A stretch of DNA of 64,000 nucleotides from Lytechinus pictus (Eukaryota). The notes under the pieces are model-generated. The model did no database searches, had not been told where the DNA came from, and was given only the letters and a program-made list of their open reading frames with translations. Below, piece after piece: positions 1 to 11,724 of the stretch (positions within the stretch are counted from its first letter, which is position 1; each line of letters begins with the position of its first letter). Position numbers and translations under genes: made by a program. The DNA is taken from positions 1,242,001-1,306,000 of the forward strand of contig NW_026974140.1 of the NCBI RefSeq assembly GCF_037042905.1, in the 5' to 3' direction.

Positions 1-602
1 CACAAGTTGTCTGGGACATAATTTACAGAATTAGATTGTTATTTATTTTACGCAAATTGCTATTAAGTGATAATGCTAAATTATGCGTAATTACTTTTCC
101 TCTAACTCCCTAAATAAAGCTCCAAATGTTCTAATTGTTGGTAGAGAAACTCTTTGTGGTGTTTTTAGCAAGTGTACATGAACAAAATTGCGATATCAAA
201 TCATTTTCTATGTATTATATTATTTTTTGAAATTTCTTATGTATTTCTCTGTTTTTTTTATCTTTCGTCTCTTCAATGAAATTTGTTGGGGACTCTTCTG
301 CGATCATAAAAAGCATTTAAATAAATACATTTAGACCAGCAAAACTAAAAACAATCATACATTTATGATATTTGGTTGAAAACACAATTTGCATCGACTT
401 TGTACAGAAAATCACGTTTTTTAGAAATTTTTGGTCTGACATGCACTTACATAATGTTGCATAATTTCAGAACCATGTACCCGGATGACACAAGATTGGT
501 CTCGAAAGATATGCAAGACTAGAAAGAGGCATGTTAAAAAAAATGTGCGGCGGCATGGTCGCAAAATTTGTGGGGGTCAAATTGGTCCAATTTAACTAAG
601 GG
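1..602. mobile_element. Right part of a piggyBac-like non-autonomous element (family also at ~33151-33900 and ~51620-53056)
   Basis: Ends ...AGGG followed by TTAA (603-606). Internal sequence resembles 52590-53056, which also ends AGGG|TTAA, and the TTAA|CCCT-starting copy near 33150. Confidence 0.55.
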
Positions 603-2232
603 TTAATAACTGGGAGGCTGTTTGCTGACTTTTTACTTTCAAGTCTTGCACATCTTTTGAGATCAAATTTGCGATGCCTGGGTATGCTGTTCCGAAATTA
701 CGCAACATGTTTATGTACTTATCCAACACATATGCTGTTTCTTGCTAAAAATTCACAACCAGTATAATATTAATTTTTTAAGATTAAAGTCAACTTATTT
801 AATTACATTTATAATCATAAAAGCTTTAATAAAGTGAAAAAACACCAAAGAGTTGTATAAGAATTTTCAAAAAGAATGAAAGGTATAAGAAAACACAAGA
901 TCACAATGTCCATTGCTAGGGGGCTAGTCTATTCAGGATAATTGGGATTTTATTCAGTTTTCAATTGACATGACATTATGACAAGATCCCTCCATTAAGT
1001 GTATAAACAGCAAACCGTGCAGCTACATGTACATGTAGGACTCACTGCTTGTCAATTCTATTGTCTGCCAGAAAAAATAACTTTATCAGGGTCAAGTGAC
1101 ATACAGTGTACATGTATAATGTGTGTGAAAGTACATTAAAAATTCAACTTTCTATTTTTATACTGTAACATTGGGTGAACTAGTGATTACTTTGGATATT
1201 GGTTTATTTCATGTATTTGTATTTTTGGATAATCCTTAAAAAATAAAGCTATTTACTTAACTTATGGAAGCAAAAGCCCTTCAAAACCAGAATTATGTCA
1301 TGTACAGCTAATTCCTTTTGTGGGATATTACAATTGTTATTTTTTACTTGAGCTGGTAATATGAATTGCTACATGACCTACATAATGACATGTTCCAATT
1401 CGAATAGTAACATGACCTTAATAAGAATTACCCTGCATCGATTGAGCGTGCTTACGTTAAATAATTGATGTTGCTACTTCAAATAATTGAGGTCAATCAA
1501 ATTGGTCATAATTATTCAAGTCAATTCTGAGCTACATGTCGTAATTGTTTAGGTCATATACTAATTGAAATTACTAAATGACTCGTGTAGGTATGAATTC
1601 AAGTTGCCACATGACCTTAATTATTTTATGTAGCAACATCAAGTATTGAACGTCATGTAGTTATTAATTATGACATGTAGCAAATAAAATTAACATGCCG
1701 CAATTTCGTGTTCATGACGGGCTCACGCTTACATTCATACATGACGTAAATTTGTATAACCTTCGATCCGTAGTTGGAGAAATTCTTAGACAAGAAGACT
1801 GCAAAACATTGATATGCATAATTGCATATTCAATGTCAAAAAGATTGATATCTCAATAGATTTGATATGCATTCATATTTTTTCTAACCTATGGTGAACA
1901 TTCTAAATCATGTGAAATTTATTCAAAAATGTCTTCCATTATTTATGGACTTTTGTGAATTCTGTGCATAATGAAGTGATTATGATTACATCGTCATGTA
2001 CTTTAAATTTATACTGGTGATCACCACATCATAATTTCATCACTTACCGTATGTGCACCATGCATTATCTGTACATGCACAAGTGGTTATCCATTGTTTC
2101 ATAACATGGTTGAGTAAAGGATGATCTGCTTATAGTATTTAGCCAATTGGATGTTGACAAAAAGGGGAAAATGCAATTGCTCAGCTAGTACAGGTTTTTT
2201 CCTTTAAGACTTACAACCATAATACTGGTTAA

Positions 2233-2390
2233 GCCTTGGTTACATTCGCCAGCCGGTGGCCTTACGGCAAGTTGAAATTAGTCGTTTTAATCATCCTTGT
2301 ACCAGCTATGTAGGTGGTTTGTATAGTAATACGTAAAACTGCTGATTTTGTCTCGCCGTGAGGCAACCGGTCAGCGAATGTGACCGAGGT
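2233..2390. mobile_element. Small MITE with ~35-bp imperfect TIRs
   Basis: GCCTTGGTTACATTCGCCAGCCGGTGGCCTTACGGC is the imperfect inverse of GCCGTGAGGCAACCGGTCAGCGAATGTGACCGAGGT. Confidence 0.6.
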
Positions 2391-2727
2391 ATATATAATA
2401 CTTGCTTATTGTTGTGTTAGAGGGAAGGATTCTGGGTCGAATCTAGCTTTCTTTATGTAATCTCAAAATGGCAGCAATGTATGAATAGTGAAAGTAATTC
2501 ATTTGGCATCACAATGTTGGTGGATATAAATCTTTTTACATGTATTATCCCAAAGATGAAATGTTGCTGCATTATTCTAGCTGTCATTTATATCAAAGAT
2601 GTGTTAGATTGTGCATAGTACAACTCATATAATAAAGATATGTAAAAATGTTTTTAACGTCTACAAATTTGCGTGTTTTTTTCACCCCTCTTTTCATTAG
2701 TCAAGATGCCAAGGTTGTTGTGCTGGA

Positions 2728-3611
2728 CCACAGGAAATTCTTACAAACTACTAGGCCTAACAAACCAGTGCAGGACGGTGTCATGAGAAAATCGCACAGA
2801 CTACCACACGACAACAACATAGAATCGTCACAGGAAATCCACAAGAATACCCCTGGACAGTTAAGCAGGATTACCACAGTATAGTATCACAACAATGCCT
2901 CGGGACCACAGGAATACCAACCAAACTATCCCAGGACAGTACCGCAAGAATACGACAAGACAGTTTTGCAGGATTATCACAGTAAAGTATCACAGCTGCA
3001 GGACAAGACCAATAATGCCACACAAGATATCAAAAAACAGTATCACAGGAATACCACAGGACAGTACTGCAGGAATTGCCCTGCGGTACGGTCTCTTGGT
3101 ATTCCTGCAGTACTGGCCTGTAATATTCTTGTACAAGTTTCCTGTGGTACTATGTTACAGGCATATGGTATTTCTGTAGTACTGTCCTGTGATACTGTCC
3201 TGTTGTACTGTTCTGTAGTACTGTACTGTGCTTCTGTCCTGTGATACTGGTATGTGGTATTCCTGTAGTACTGTCCTGTGATACTCTCCTGTGATACTCT
3301 CCTGTATAACAGTCCTGTGATACTGTCCTGTGATATTCCTGTGGTAGTACTGTCCTGTAATACTGTCCTGTAGTACTAATAGTAGTGTGGTAGTGGCTGT
3401 AGCGGTTGTGGTGTTCATGTCCTGTGATACTTCCTGTCATACTTTTGCGGTTATTACCACAGGAAGTATCACAGGACACGGACCTGTTGTACTCCTGTTG
3501 TACAGTTCTGTGGAACCGTCCCAAATTACGTGCACGTAATTCCTGTAGTACTTTCCTGTGATACATCCTGTAGTACTTATCACAAGTACTACAGGAATTT
3601 TTTATAAGGGT
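2728..3611. repeat. Foldback-like array of short degenerate repeats (CACAGGA/CAGTATCACAG), inverted about ~3085
   Basis: The left half has CACAGGACAGTA-type units and the right half TACTGTCCTGTGA-type units. The overlapping ORFs here are repeat artefacts. Confidence 0.7.
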
Positions 3612-4551
3612 ACATTTTAGAAATCAGTTCAAAAAGACTCTCCTCAACCTATAAATTGCTACAAAACACCCAACTACTTCATGCAGATGGTAGTGTAATG
3701 GTGAAATGTACGTTTGCACCAAAAATGCAAATCTTGGCAAACTATTAAGTACTCTTTTTGTCTTTGCCTCCCCCCCCAAAAAAAAAAAAAAAACGAAAAT
3801 ATGTTCAGCGCCGCTCATGCTTTTAGTTTTTAAATCCATGTTATTCTAATTTGTAAAATATTCACGCACAAACACTCTGTATGTTTTTTTTTGTGGGGGG
3901 TATATGCTTTTTTAAATAACAGAGATTTAAGACATATAACCTGGTAAAAAAGTGCAGCATATTTTCATGTAGAGCAAATCATAGGCGATCGTGTACGTGT
4001 CCATGCAGTGGATCCTATGCGAGCATCCGGTGCGTTTGTGTACAAACAAACAATGGTACCAAACAGCACAGAGGCAGTGCGCGCACACACTGGACACATT
4101 TTCAATAAGCTAGGGAGCGAGTTACTCTATAGCAGCAGTTTATAGTTTAAGACGGTAACATACGATGAAAAAGCATTTAGGATACGATATCGTTTTTCCA
4201 AGGAGAGCGTGATCTACATCAACATGTTTCAAGCAGATTTGAAGAGGAACACGCAGAGGAACAATCCTCTACCTGTCAGTCTTCAGGTTTTGACAGTTCT
4301 ACGATTTTATGCCGTTAGTGAGTAATTGATGTACCCTTAATATTAATAAAATAAAAAATGTACATTTTCTGAGCGAATAAAGATTGCTTTGCTATGTATA
4401 TTTTAAATGCCAATAAATCTTCCATTGATTTGAAATTGACAGAAAGTGCATTCTGACCAGATGTGAAATCGTGAGGCTTTACAGAGGCTTACACTATGGG
4501 CTTCACTTCAGGTGATGAATGTCCTTAAATTGATTTTGATCCCTCAATCTA

Positions 4552-4751
4552 TTGAACCAAGTTAAATATAGAATGGTTGGATATTGGTTAAGAATAATTG
4601 AGGGAAAACAACAAAAGTATTCGAATATTTTCTATAACCTGCTAAATCATATGCACACTGTCAATGAATCATCTTTCACATCACTCTGGCTAAAATGTAT
4701 CAAAGATATTTTTCAAAATGCAGGGTTAGGTAACATTTGGTTGCATCAGGG
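4552..4751 (+). pseudogene. Fragment of non-LTR retrotransposon (CR1/L2-group) ORF2, region C-terminal to RT
   Basis: KYRMVGYWLRIIEGKQQKYS...Y...SLWLKCIKDIFQNAGLGNIWLHQ matches the recalled RMxxYWxRL..GK..K.S...WL..IK.IL...GL...W..Q pattern of these LINEs. It is cut at 4752 by a DNA element. Confidence 0.65.
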
Positions 4752-6312
4752 CAGGCGCGGATCCATGGGGGGCCGAGGGGGCCTTGCCCCCCCCCCCCCC
4801 CCCCCCTTCGGCTAAAAAAAGAAGAGAGGGAAAGAAAGAGAAAAGGAGGGGAAATAAAAGAAGAAAAAGAAGAGGGGGGAGAAGGGAAGAAAAAAGCGAG
4901 AGGAAAAGGGGGGAAAAGAACGAGAGAGGGGAGAGGGGGAAAGGAAAAGGAGAAAAAAGAGAGAGGAAGAAGGAGGAAAGAAGAGGAGAGAGAAAGGGGA
5001 AAAGAAAGAGGAAGAGGAGAAAAAAGAGAGAGGAAAGGGGGGAAGAAAAAGGGAAGAGGGGGAAGGAAGTGAAGGAAAAGGGGAAAGAAAGAGAAGGAAA
5101 AAGAGAGGGAAAGGAAAAGGAGAAAAAAAAGAGAGGGGAAGAGGGGAAAGAAAGAGAAGAAAAAGAGAGAGAAGAGGGGGAGAAAAGAAGAAAAGGGGAA
5201 AGGAAGAGAAGAAAAGGGAGGGGGAAGAAAAAAGAGGAAGAGGGGAAAGAAAAGGAGAGAGAGGAAGAGGGAGGAAAGAAGAGGAAAAAAAGAGAGGGGA
5301 AAAAAAAGAAGAAAAAAGAAGAGGGGAAAGAAAAGAAGAAAAAAAGAGAAGAGGGGAAAGAAAGAGAAAAAAGAGGAAGAGGGGAAGGAAGAGAAGAAAA
5401 GGGAGGGGGAGGGGAGAAAAAGAGGAAGAGGGGGGAAAAGAGAGAGGAAGAGGGAAGAAAGAAGAGAAAAACAGAGAGAGAGAGGGGGGGAAGAAAAGAA
5501 GAAAAGGGGAGAGGAAGAGGGGGAAGGACGAGAAGAAAAAAAGAGGAAGAGGAGGAAAGAAAATGTTATATTATAATTACGTTATGTTATATTACATAAA
5601 AATAAAAAAATATAACTTTATGAAACATAATTTGCTCAGGGCCTATGTCTTCATTGTTCCTGATGCTCGCATTGTCTGTTTAACGAGATATATAATCCTA
5701 TTTTACTAAAACCTCCCGTTTTCAAGTCAATATACACCAAATATATTTCCTCGCACTTCGAATTATTACTGTTTTATGCAGTGACATGCGCATGGTCTAC
5801 GTGAATTCCTACAAACAAGCCTTAGAATGCCCCTCTTCAGGTGTAAATTTCCTAATTTATTCCTAATTTTTTTGCTTCATGCATGTGTTTAGATGTATAT
5901 AATTCTAACAAAATCAGCAAGCACTTGGCACTCGCATTAGATGACTATGGTGAGATATGTATACTCTTAATGGATTCCTAAAATATAGTCCTTAAAATGT
6001 CCGTTTGGGGTCAATATATACAAAAATTTCAGCTCGCGCTTCGCATTGTTTGTTTCGCGAGAAAGGGACGTATCATGATTACAAAAATTTGCTCATAATG
6101 TCCCTTTTTAGGTCTGAACTTCAAAAATTTTCAGCTCGCGCTTCGCGCTCGCATCATGTGATCAGTGACATACATATCCGTTTAATGGTACTGTCCTTAA
6201 AAGTCTCTATTAGGTCAGCATACCTAGCAACTGAGCGCGCTTCGCGCGCTCACTAGGTGACTCAAATTTTTTGCTGGTACCCCCCAATGCCGTGACCCAC
6301 GGTACGCCACTG
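4752..6312. mobile_element. hAT-like non-autonomous composite with a ~750-bp polypurine tract
   Basis: Starts CAGGCGCGGATCCA (same end as at 7398/24050), has a GA-only tract at ~4813-5562 and GCTCGCGCTTCGCGCTCGC motifs, and ends GTACGCCACTG. The ends do not pair and there is no TSD. Confidence 0.55.
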
Positions 6313-6605
6313 CTTTGAATTATGGCTCAAAGCTCTTGACCAGTTGACCACCATAGTCATGAATGTATTTCGACCTTAGTGATGTCACTTTTGATCTGAA
6401 GTTGTCGAAAACAAAAATCGGATATCACATTTATTACACGAAGAAAACGGTAAATTCGGAAGATATTGAACAGGTCAGTAAGGTGATTCAGTGTATTAAT
6501 ATTATGCACAGAGGGACGATGAGCTCGACGATTGTGTGACGTCATTATTCTCGACTGTTTTCACTGCGTGAACTGTCGGTCTGGGGCACTGATTTAACTA
6601 TGAAC

Positions 6606-6998
6606 CATTGGCGGCGGAAGCCCAAAAATTTAGGGAAGATGGGGGTCCACCTGAAATTGACAAAGGAAAACAATTTGACAATTAAGCAAAAAAAGGGGGG
6701 GGGGGTTATCAACCAAAAATCATAGGGGGGACGCAAGAAAAATAATCGGACAAGCAAAAACAAAAATAGGTTATCAACCCAATTTTTAGGGTAGCATGCA
6801 AAACAAACGAAATAATCTGACAAGCAAAAAAAAAGAAATTTAGGTGACAACAATTTTAGGGGGGGATCCACCTGAATTTAGGGGGGGGACGCAGGAAACA
6901 AAATTGACAAGCAAAAAAAAAAAGGTTATCAACATAAATTTTAGGGGGGACCGGTCCATCCGGCCTAAAATTTAGGGCGGACAGGCCCCCCGCCTATG
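6606..6998. mobile_element. hAT-like MITE
   Basis: Ends CATTGGCGG...CCGCCTATG; perfect 8-bp TSD CTATGAAC (6598-6605, 6999-7006). Confidence 0.85.
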
Positions 6999-8884
6999 CT
7001 ATGAACAAACTGATAATTGAAGAGGGTGGGTGTGATGGAGGGAGAGAGAGACACTCTTAAAAGGGCGAGTCCACCTCATGGAAAAGATGATTTGAATAGA
7101 GAAAAACCACACAATAATACTGAAAATTTAATCAAAATTGGAAGTAAAATATGAAAGTTATGACATTTTAAAGTTTCACTTTAGCGATGAAATTTTCGGG
7201 GACATCCCGATAGACCGCGGGTCCGATAGACCGCGGGTCCGTTAGACCGCGGGTCCGATAGACCGCGGGTCCGATAGTCCGCGGGTCCGATAGACCGCGG
7301 GTCTGATAGTCCGCAGTGTGTGTAAAATTATGATCAGATATATCAAATGTCATCGAGAGGTCCAAAGGTCAAATGATACAAGGCCATGGGGTTATATCAG
7401 GTGCGGATCCATGGGGGGGGGGCGAGGGGGAACTGCCTCACCCCCAACCCCCAGCTCAAAAAAAGAGGGGGGAAGAGGGGAAAAGGAAAATAATAAAAAA
7501 AGAAAGAGGAAGATGGGAAAAGAAGAGAATAGAAAAGAGAGTAAGAAGGAGAAAGGAAGAGAAGAAAAAAAGAGAAGAAAAAGGGGTAAGGAAAGACAAA
7601 GAAAATGGGAGAAGAAAAGGGGAAAGAAGAGAAAAAAGAGAGGAGGGAAAAGGAAGAGAAGAAAAGAAAGGAGAAAGGAAGAGAAGAAAAGAAAGGAGAA
7701 AGGAAAAGGAGGAAAAAGAAGAAAAAAAAGAGGAAGGAAGAGATGAATATTTAAATAGAGGAAGATGGGAAGAAAGATAAGAAAAGAGAGAGAGAGGAAG
7801 AGGGGAAAAGAAGAGAAGAAAGAGAGAGAGAGAGGAAGGGGGAGGGAGAGAAAAAGAAAAAAAAATTAAAAGAAAAAAAGGGGGAAAGGAAAGAAAAAGA
7901 AAAAGGGAGAAGTAAAGGGGGGAAGAGAAAAAAAAGTGGATGAGGGAAAAGAAAGAAAAGAAAAGAACGGAGTAAGGAAAAGGGGGAAAAGAAGAAGAAA
8001 AAAAGAGGAAGGAAGAGAATAATATTTAAAGAGAGAGGAAGATGGGAAAAGAGAAGAAAAAAGGAGAGAGTAAGGGGGAGGAAGAGAAGAAAAACGAAAA
8101 AAGAGAGAGGAAAAGAGGGGAAGAAAAGACAAAAAAAGAGAAGAAAAGGGGGAAAGAAAAGATGGGGGAAAAGGAGAAGAAAAGGGGGAAATAAAAGATG
8201 GGGGAAAAGGAGAAGAAAAGGGGGAAAGGAAGACAACAAATGAGAGAAGAAAAGGGGAAAATAAAGAGAAGAAAAAGAGAGAGAGAGCAGGAAAAAAAGA
8301 GAAGAAGAAAAGGGGAGAGGAAGAGGGGGAAAGAAAGAGAGAGAGAAAGAAAAAAAGAGAAAGGAAGGAAGGGGAATGAGGATAAGAGAAAGAAAAAAAA
8401 GAAAGAAAAGGAGATGGGAAACGGAAGAGGGATGTTGACCTGGGGGGTGTTTCATCAATATTTTCGTCCGACAAATGTCAGCGCTGACTAAAATTGTCAG
8501 TGCTGACAATTTAGTCAGCGCTGACAAAAATTCGTTTCATCAAACTCTCGGAGCTCCTCTGACTATTGTCAGAGAATTTTTATTTGAATCGTCTTGAACG
8601 AGGTTCGCTGACTAATTAGGCCACGCCCACTCCCAAAGTCGTGAAAAAGATGTAAAATTGATTGATGTTTTCGCCACGATTCGAAATGAAACGAAGAAAT
8701 GAGAAGAAGCGAAGGTCCTCGTAGAGGTGAATGAGGATTTTACCGTAAGTAAAACCCTTCAAAATGTCGTTCATATTGTATGTAAGGTGATTGAATTATT
8801 CGTTGTGCGTGATTATCAAATGAATTACAAGAAAAGAGGATCTTCTGGCAGGACCCCTGTCGATACGATCGGTGAACTTGACAG

Positions 8885-9120
8885 TGTTGTAGTAAGTCAC
8901 CCCACCCCCCATATAGGTCTTCCACCGGGAGATGGCGCTGGACCCCTTTTAGACGCTGGAGGACGTTGGATCCCTTGGATCATTGTATTTGAAGCTGAAC
9001 TCACACGGAATAGACAGGAACTAGGACATCACTCCAGGAAAATACTGGTTAGTGACTTATTCCTTATATTCTAGCTTCAGGTATCAACCTAGTGGTCAAG
9101 CTGGGGGCGCGACCGCTACA
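8885..9120 (+). repeat. 5' LTR
   Basis: TGTTGTAGTAAG...GACCGCTACA, direct repeat of 15603-15838. Confidence 0.95.
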
Positions 9121-9121
9121 G

Positions 9122-9134
9122 TGGCGCTGCGAGC
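9122..9134 (+). promoter_or_regulatory. Primer-binding site, tRNA-Ser-like
   Basis: TGGCGCTGCGAGC starts 1 nt after the 5' LTR and is complementary to a tRNA 3' end GCUCGCAGCG-CCA. This resembles tRNA-Ser acceptor ends (identity inferred). Confidence 0.75.
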
Positions 9135-10596
9135 CTGACTGTGCCTGCTTTTGTGGGCATTTTAGGCCAAATTATTGAAATTAATTGGGGTATAATTGTC
9201 TCGCGGCGAGCTAACGGCCCCCTATTGCGCATCGGACGAGCAAATCCCTATGCCCCGCTGCGTGGGGGGAAATGGTCGCCGCTCGAGTAAGAGAAATCAG
9301 TTTTAGATTGGGCTAATTACAGTTGATAAGGCTAGATTCAGAGCCTTGTCGTATTGCGTATATTCTATGAATATTGTCCCTTGTTTCATGTTTGCGATTG
9401 TCCTGAATTGAGAGGTTAAATCTTGATTTGGGACATATTTAGGCAATCGTCCCCTGTCTTTTTTGGTAAGGTTTTCGTCGCGGGGACTGATGGTAGTTCC
9501 GGTCCCGTGACGGAAATTTCCAGAAAAGGGGGGAGAACACACGTGTTGTTGTGTTGTGAGTTTGTTTTAGTTTTGTGCTTTAATATCCGTTTTTAGTTGT
9601 GGACTGTGTTTCACGTTGGTGTGATTGTGTGATTTGCTTGTGATTTTGGGTGTTTGGATGATTTTTGTGTCGTTTTGCGAGTGATTTGTGAGTGAACTAT
9701 TTTTGTTGGGGTGAGAGGTGCGTAAGAGTGTGTGTGTTCCGGCTAGGTAAAAGCGCGCGGCCCGATCCAAGATTTCACGGCGATCTATTGGCGGAGAGAT
9801 ATTATTGGTTCTCTCTGCCACCGACCGGCGCCATCTTGTTTTACATCGTCGGCTCAACGTTTGGGTCTAGTTTGAGATCCGAACTGACGTCAGGCCGGAC
9901 CAATCCATCGCACGTATACGGGTAAACAACGGCGATTATTTGGGCGAGTAGGACGGGAAGCCAGACTGACCAACAAAGGTAGGGCATTATCCCAATCCTC
10001 TCTCGCCTGCCTATTTCGGATATTTTGAATTTTGTGTGGTGTTTTAGGGTGTTTTGTCCAAATTTTGGGGGAACGTTTAGTACTCGAAGCTGGGTAGAAT
10101 TCACGGTAATTATCGAGATCTAACCAGTTAGACCGCCCGATCATTTCCGGGTTTGACGTTAGGTCCAGTGCAACTGTGCACGACCATTGGTTGTGTATTG
10201 CATACCTAATAGGTTGGTTTTTGGTGCCAGTGTGTAGTGTTGTGTTGCGTGTGGACCCACCCACTCGTTGTAGCGGGGAGTCCGTTGCCAAATAAATAAA
10301 AGAAATAAAACATTTTTTTTTTTGGAGAGAGTGTGGGGTGACTGTGTATGTGAATAAGTACATGTAATTTGTCTGTGGTGTGAGCGGGCACTAGTCACTA
10401 GCGTGATTGAGGACAGAACCAGCTTCGAGGATTAATAAAATAAATAGCCTAGGTAAATTAATAAAAGACAAGTTAGGCTTAACGTTAGAGGTTAATATAA
10501 ATATTTTTAGAGCTACAATTATTCTTTTTGGCAGTGCTTGTGCAAACTATTAGCAACAACCGGACTAAACTAATCTAATTAATAATAAAAGCTAGA

Positions 10597-11690
10597 ATTT
10601 TATACCATAAATTGGGTTTGCATTTGGACCTAATTTTTTGGGATAGCTTTTTTGGATAACTTTAGCAGGTTTTAGGTCGGGCTTATTACTGTGCCTAACC
10701 ATTGACTGTTAAAGGTATAATTTTGGACTTTTTACCGGTTTTATAATTTTAGTTGCTAAAAATAAAAGAATTGTTATAAAATAAATTGGGTCTGCATTTG
10801 GACCTAATTTTTGGGATAGCTTTTTTGGATAACTTTAGCAGGTTTTTGGTCGGGCTTATCGCTGTGCCTAACCATTGACTGTTAAAGGTACAATTTTGGA
10901 CTCTTTACCGGTTGTTAGTTGCTAAAAAGAAAATAAAACGAATTTTATACCATAAATTTGGTTTGCTTTTGGACCTAATCTTTTGGGATAGCTTTTTGGA
11001 TAACTTTAGCAGGTTTTTTGGTCGGGCTAATTTCTGTGCCTAACCATTAACTGTTAAAGGTATATTTTTGGACTTTTACCGGTTTTATAATTTTAGTTGC
11101 TAAAAATAAAAGAATTGTTATAAAATAAATTGGGTCTGCATTTGGACCTAATTTTTTGGGATAGCTTTTTGGATAACTTTAGCAGGTTTTTGGTCGGGCT
11201 TATCACTGTGCCTAACCATTGACTGTTAAAGGTATAATTTTGGACTTATACCGGTTTTATAATTTTAGTTGCTAAAAATAAAAGAATTGTTATAAAATAA
11301 ATTGGGTTGGCATTTGGACCTAATTTTTTGGGATAGCTTTTTTGGATAACTTTAGCAGGTTTTTGGTCGGGCTTATCACTGTGCCTAACCATTGACTGTT
11401 AAAGGTATAATTTTGGACTTTTTACCGGTTTTTATAATTTTAGTTGCTAAAAAATAAAAGAATTTATTGGGACCACTTTCAGATAAATTTAAGTAGGTTT
11501 TTGGTCGGGCTTATTATTGTGCCTAACCATAAACTGATTGGGGTATACATTTTGACCTTTTCGTAATTTAGTTGCCAAAAGGAAATAAAAGAAAGAATTT
11601 AATAAGATAGGTTGAGACCTAGTTTTAGAATAGCTTTTGGATAATTTCAACAGGGGTTTGGTTGGGCTCAGTATTGGGCCTAACTGAACC
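10597..11690 (+). repeat. Tandem array of ~172-bp units (~6 copies) in the retroelement 5' leader
   Basis: GGACCTAATTTTT recurs near 10626, 10800, 10972, 11144 and 11316, with decayed units near 11470 and 11615. Confidence 0.9.
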
Positions 11691-11724
11691 TTGCTAGGAT
11701 AACACCAATTAGGGTAAGCACAAC

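Noticed and set aside
2895..3566. ORFs with repeated ITGQYHRTV motifs
   Set aside because: Translation of a short-unit inverted repeat array; open on both strands with no splice context.
4737..5599. K/E/R/G-rich ORFs up to 271 aa
   Set aside because: Purine-only tract that cannot form stop codons; open in several frames and lies inside a repeat.
7207..7317. 16-bp repeat arrays (also 26543-26684) as possible CRISPR
   Set aside because: Head-to-tail units without spacers; they are subterminal repeats of a DNA element in a eukaryotic context.
7318..8527. Overlapping K/R/E-rich and F/L/S-rich ORFs, the latter membrane-protein-like
   Set aside because: Same polypurine/polypyrimidine artefact.
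8727..9074. ORFs sharing VVVSHPTPHIGLPPG... with 15562-15792
   Set aside because: Shared only because both run through the identical LTRs.
10597..11690. ~172-bp array as CRISPR or an RNA-gene cluster
   Set aside because: Whole units repeat with no unique spacers, and no tRNA/snRNA features were recognised.
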